Shown piece by piece: positions 62,965 to 64,000 of a stretch of 64,000 nucleotides of DNA (position 1 is its first letter; every line of letters begins with the position of its first letter). This DNA comes from Chiloscyllium plagiosum. Its lineage: Eukaryota. A program made the translations under genes and the position numbers. Location: the NCBI RefSeq assembly GCF_004010195.1, contig NC_057718.1, positions 54,655,864 through 54,719,863 on the forward strand. Direction: 5' to 3'. The notes under the pieces are model-generated. The model saw only the letters and a list, made by a program, of their open reading frames with translations, was not told the DNA's origin and searched no databases.

Positions 62965-64000
62965 TATTAATTTGTGAGCCAAGGAATTTCTGGCTAGCCA
63001 GTATTTATTGTCCATCCCTAGTTGCCTTGTGAAGTTGATAGTGAGCTGCCTTGTTGAACCGCTTCAGTCCATGTTTTCTAAGTAGACCCACCATGCCATG
63101 AGAGAGGGAATTCCAGGAGTTTGATCCAACAAGTGAAGACACAGCAATATACTTTCAAATCAGGATGGTGAGTGACTTGGAAGGAACTTGCAGGTGGTGT
63201 TCCCATGTGTGTGCAGCCCATGTCCTTTGAGATGACTGTGGGTTCGGAAATTGTTTTCCAAGGATCTTTGAATTTCTTCTAGACATGCTGCCAATACGGA
63301 GCAAGGGAGTGGATGCTTATGCATGTGTTGCCAATTAAATGACCCGTTTGGCCCTAGATGATGTCAAATTTCTTGAGTGTATTGGCAGCTCCAATCATCC
63401 TGGCAAGAGGGGAGTATTCCATTACATTTCTCACTGATGCCTTAAAGATGGTGGACAAGCTTTGGGAACTCAGGTGGTGAGTTACTCACTACAGTATTCC
63501 TAGCCTCTAACCTGCTTCTGTAGCCATTATGTTTATGTGATGAATCCAGTTGAGTTTCTGAACAATGGTAACCCCCAGGATGTTGAATTCAGTGACGAAT
63601 ACACCATTGAATGTCAAGGAGTGCTAGTTAGATTGTCTCTTATTGGAGATGGTCATTTCCTATCATTTGTGTGGCACAAATGTTACTTGTCATTGGTCAA
63701 CCCAAGTCTGGATATTGTCCAAACCTTGATGCATTTGAACATTGACTGTTTCAATATCTGGGTCATCATGAATGGTGGTGAGCATTGTGTAATTATCGGT
63801 GACTATTTCCACATCTGACCTTATGAAGAAGAAAGGTCGTTGATGAAGCAGCTGAACATGATTGGACCAAGCACACTACTCCTGTAGAGATGTCCTGGAA
63901 CTGAAATGACTGACCTCCAACAACCACCTTCCTAAGTTCTAGGTATGACTCCAACCAGTGGAGAGTTTGCCCCCGATATCCAGTGATTCTAGTTTTGTTA
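62965..64000 (-). mobile_element. Old CR1/L2-like LINE 3' part
   Basis: Degenerate RT-like sequence (LGPIMFSCFINDL.. on minus) ending in tail tagggatggacaataaatactggctagc. Confidence 0.65.

Noticed and set aside
61780..64000. Further upstream PSME4 exon
   Set aside because: No match to the expected preceding peptide found by eye; it probably lies beyond the window.

Overview
Eukaryotic (vertebrate) genomic DNA, most likely a shark/elasmobranch given its HE1-type V-SINEs with (TCTAA)n tails and abundant CR1-like LINEs (species is inference). The window lies inside one gene on the minus strand, PSME4 (proteasome activator PA200/Blm10). I traced 24 consecutive internal coding exons (61779 down to 4936; 2635 nt, about 878 codons) with continuous frame and matching intron phases. 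One intron uses a non-canonical GC donor. Start and stop codons lie outside the window. The introns hold decayed CR1-like LINEs, about 10 HE1/V-SINEs, solo LTRs, Tigger-like MITEs and at least three families of Penelope-like elements (PLEs). Most notable: (i) minimal type-I hammerhead ribozyme motifs in PLE termini, including tiny 70-310 bp TSD-flanked units and fold-back palindromes, two with an intact core on the PSME4 pre-mRNA strand; (ii) a CR1 copy with the geometry of a twin-priming 5' inversion; (iii) two local inverted duplications (132 bp and about 200 bp arms). Most ORFs in the supplied track are retroelement debris or spurious. Family names come from recognition, not database searches.
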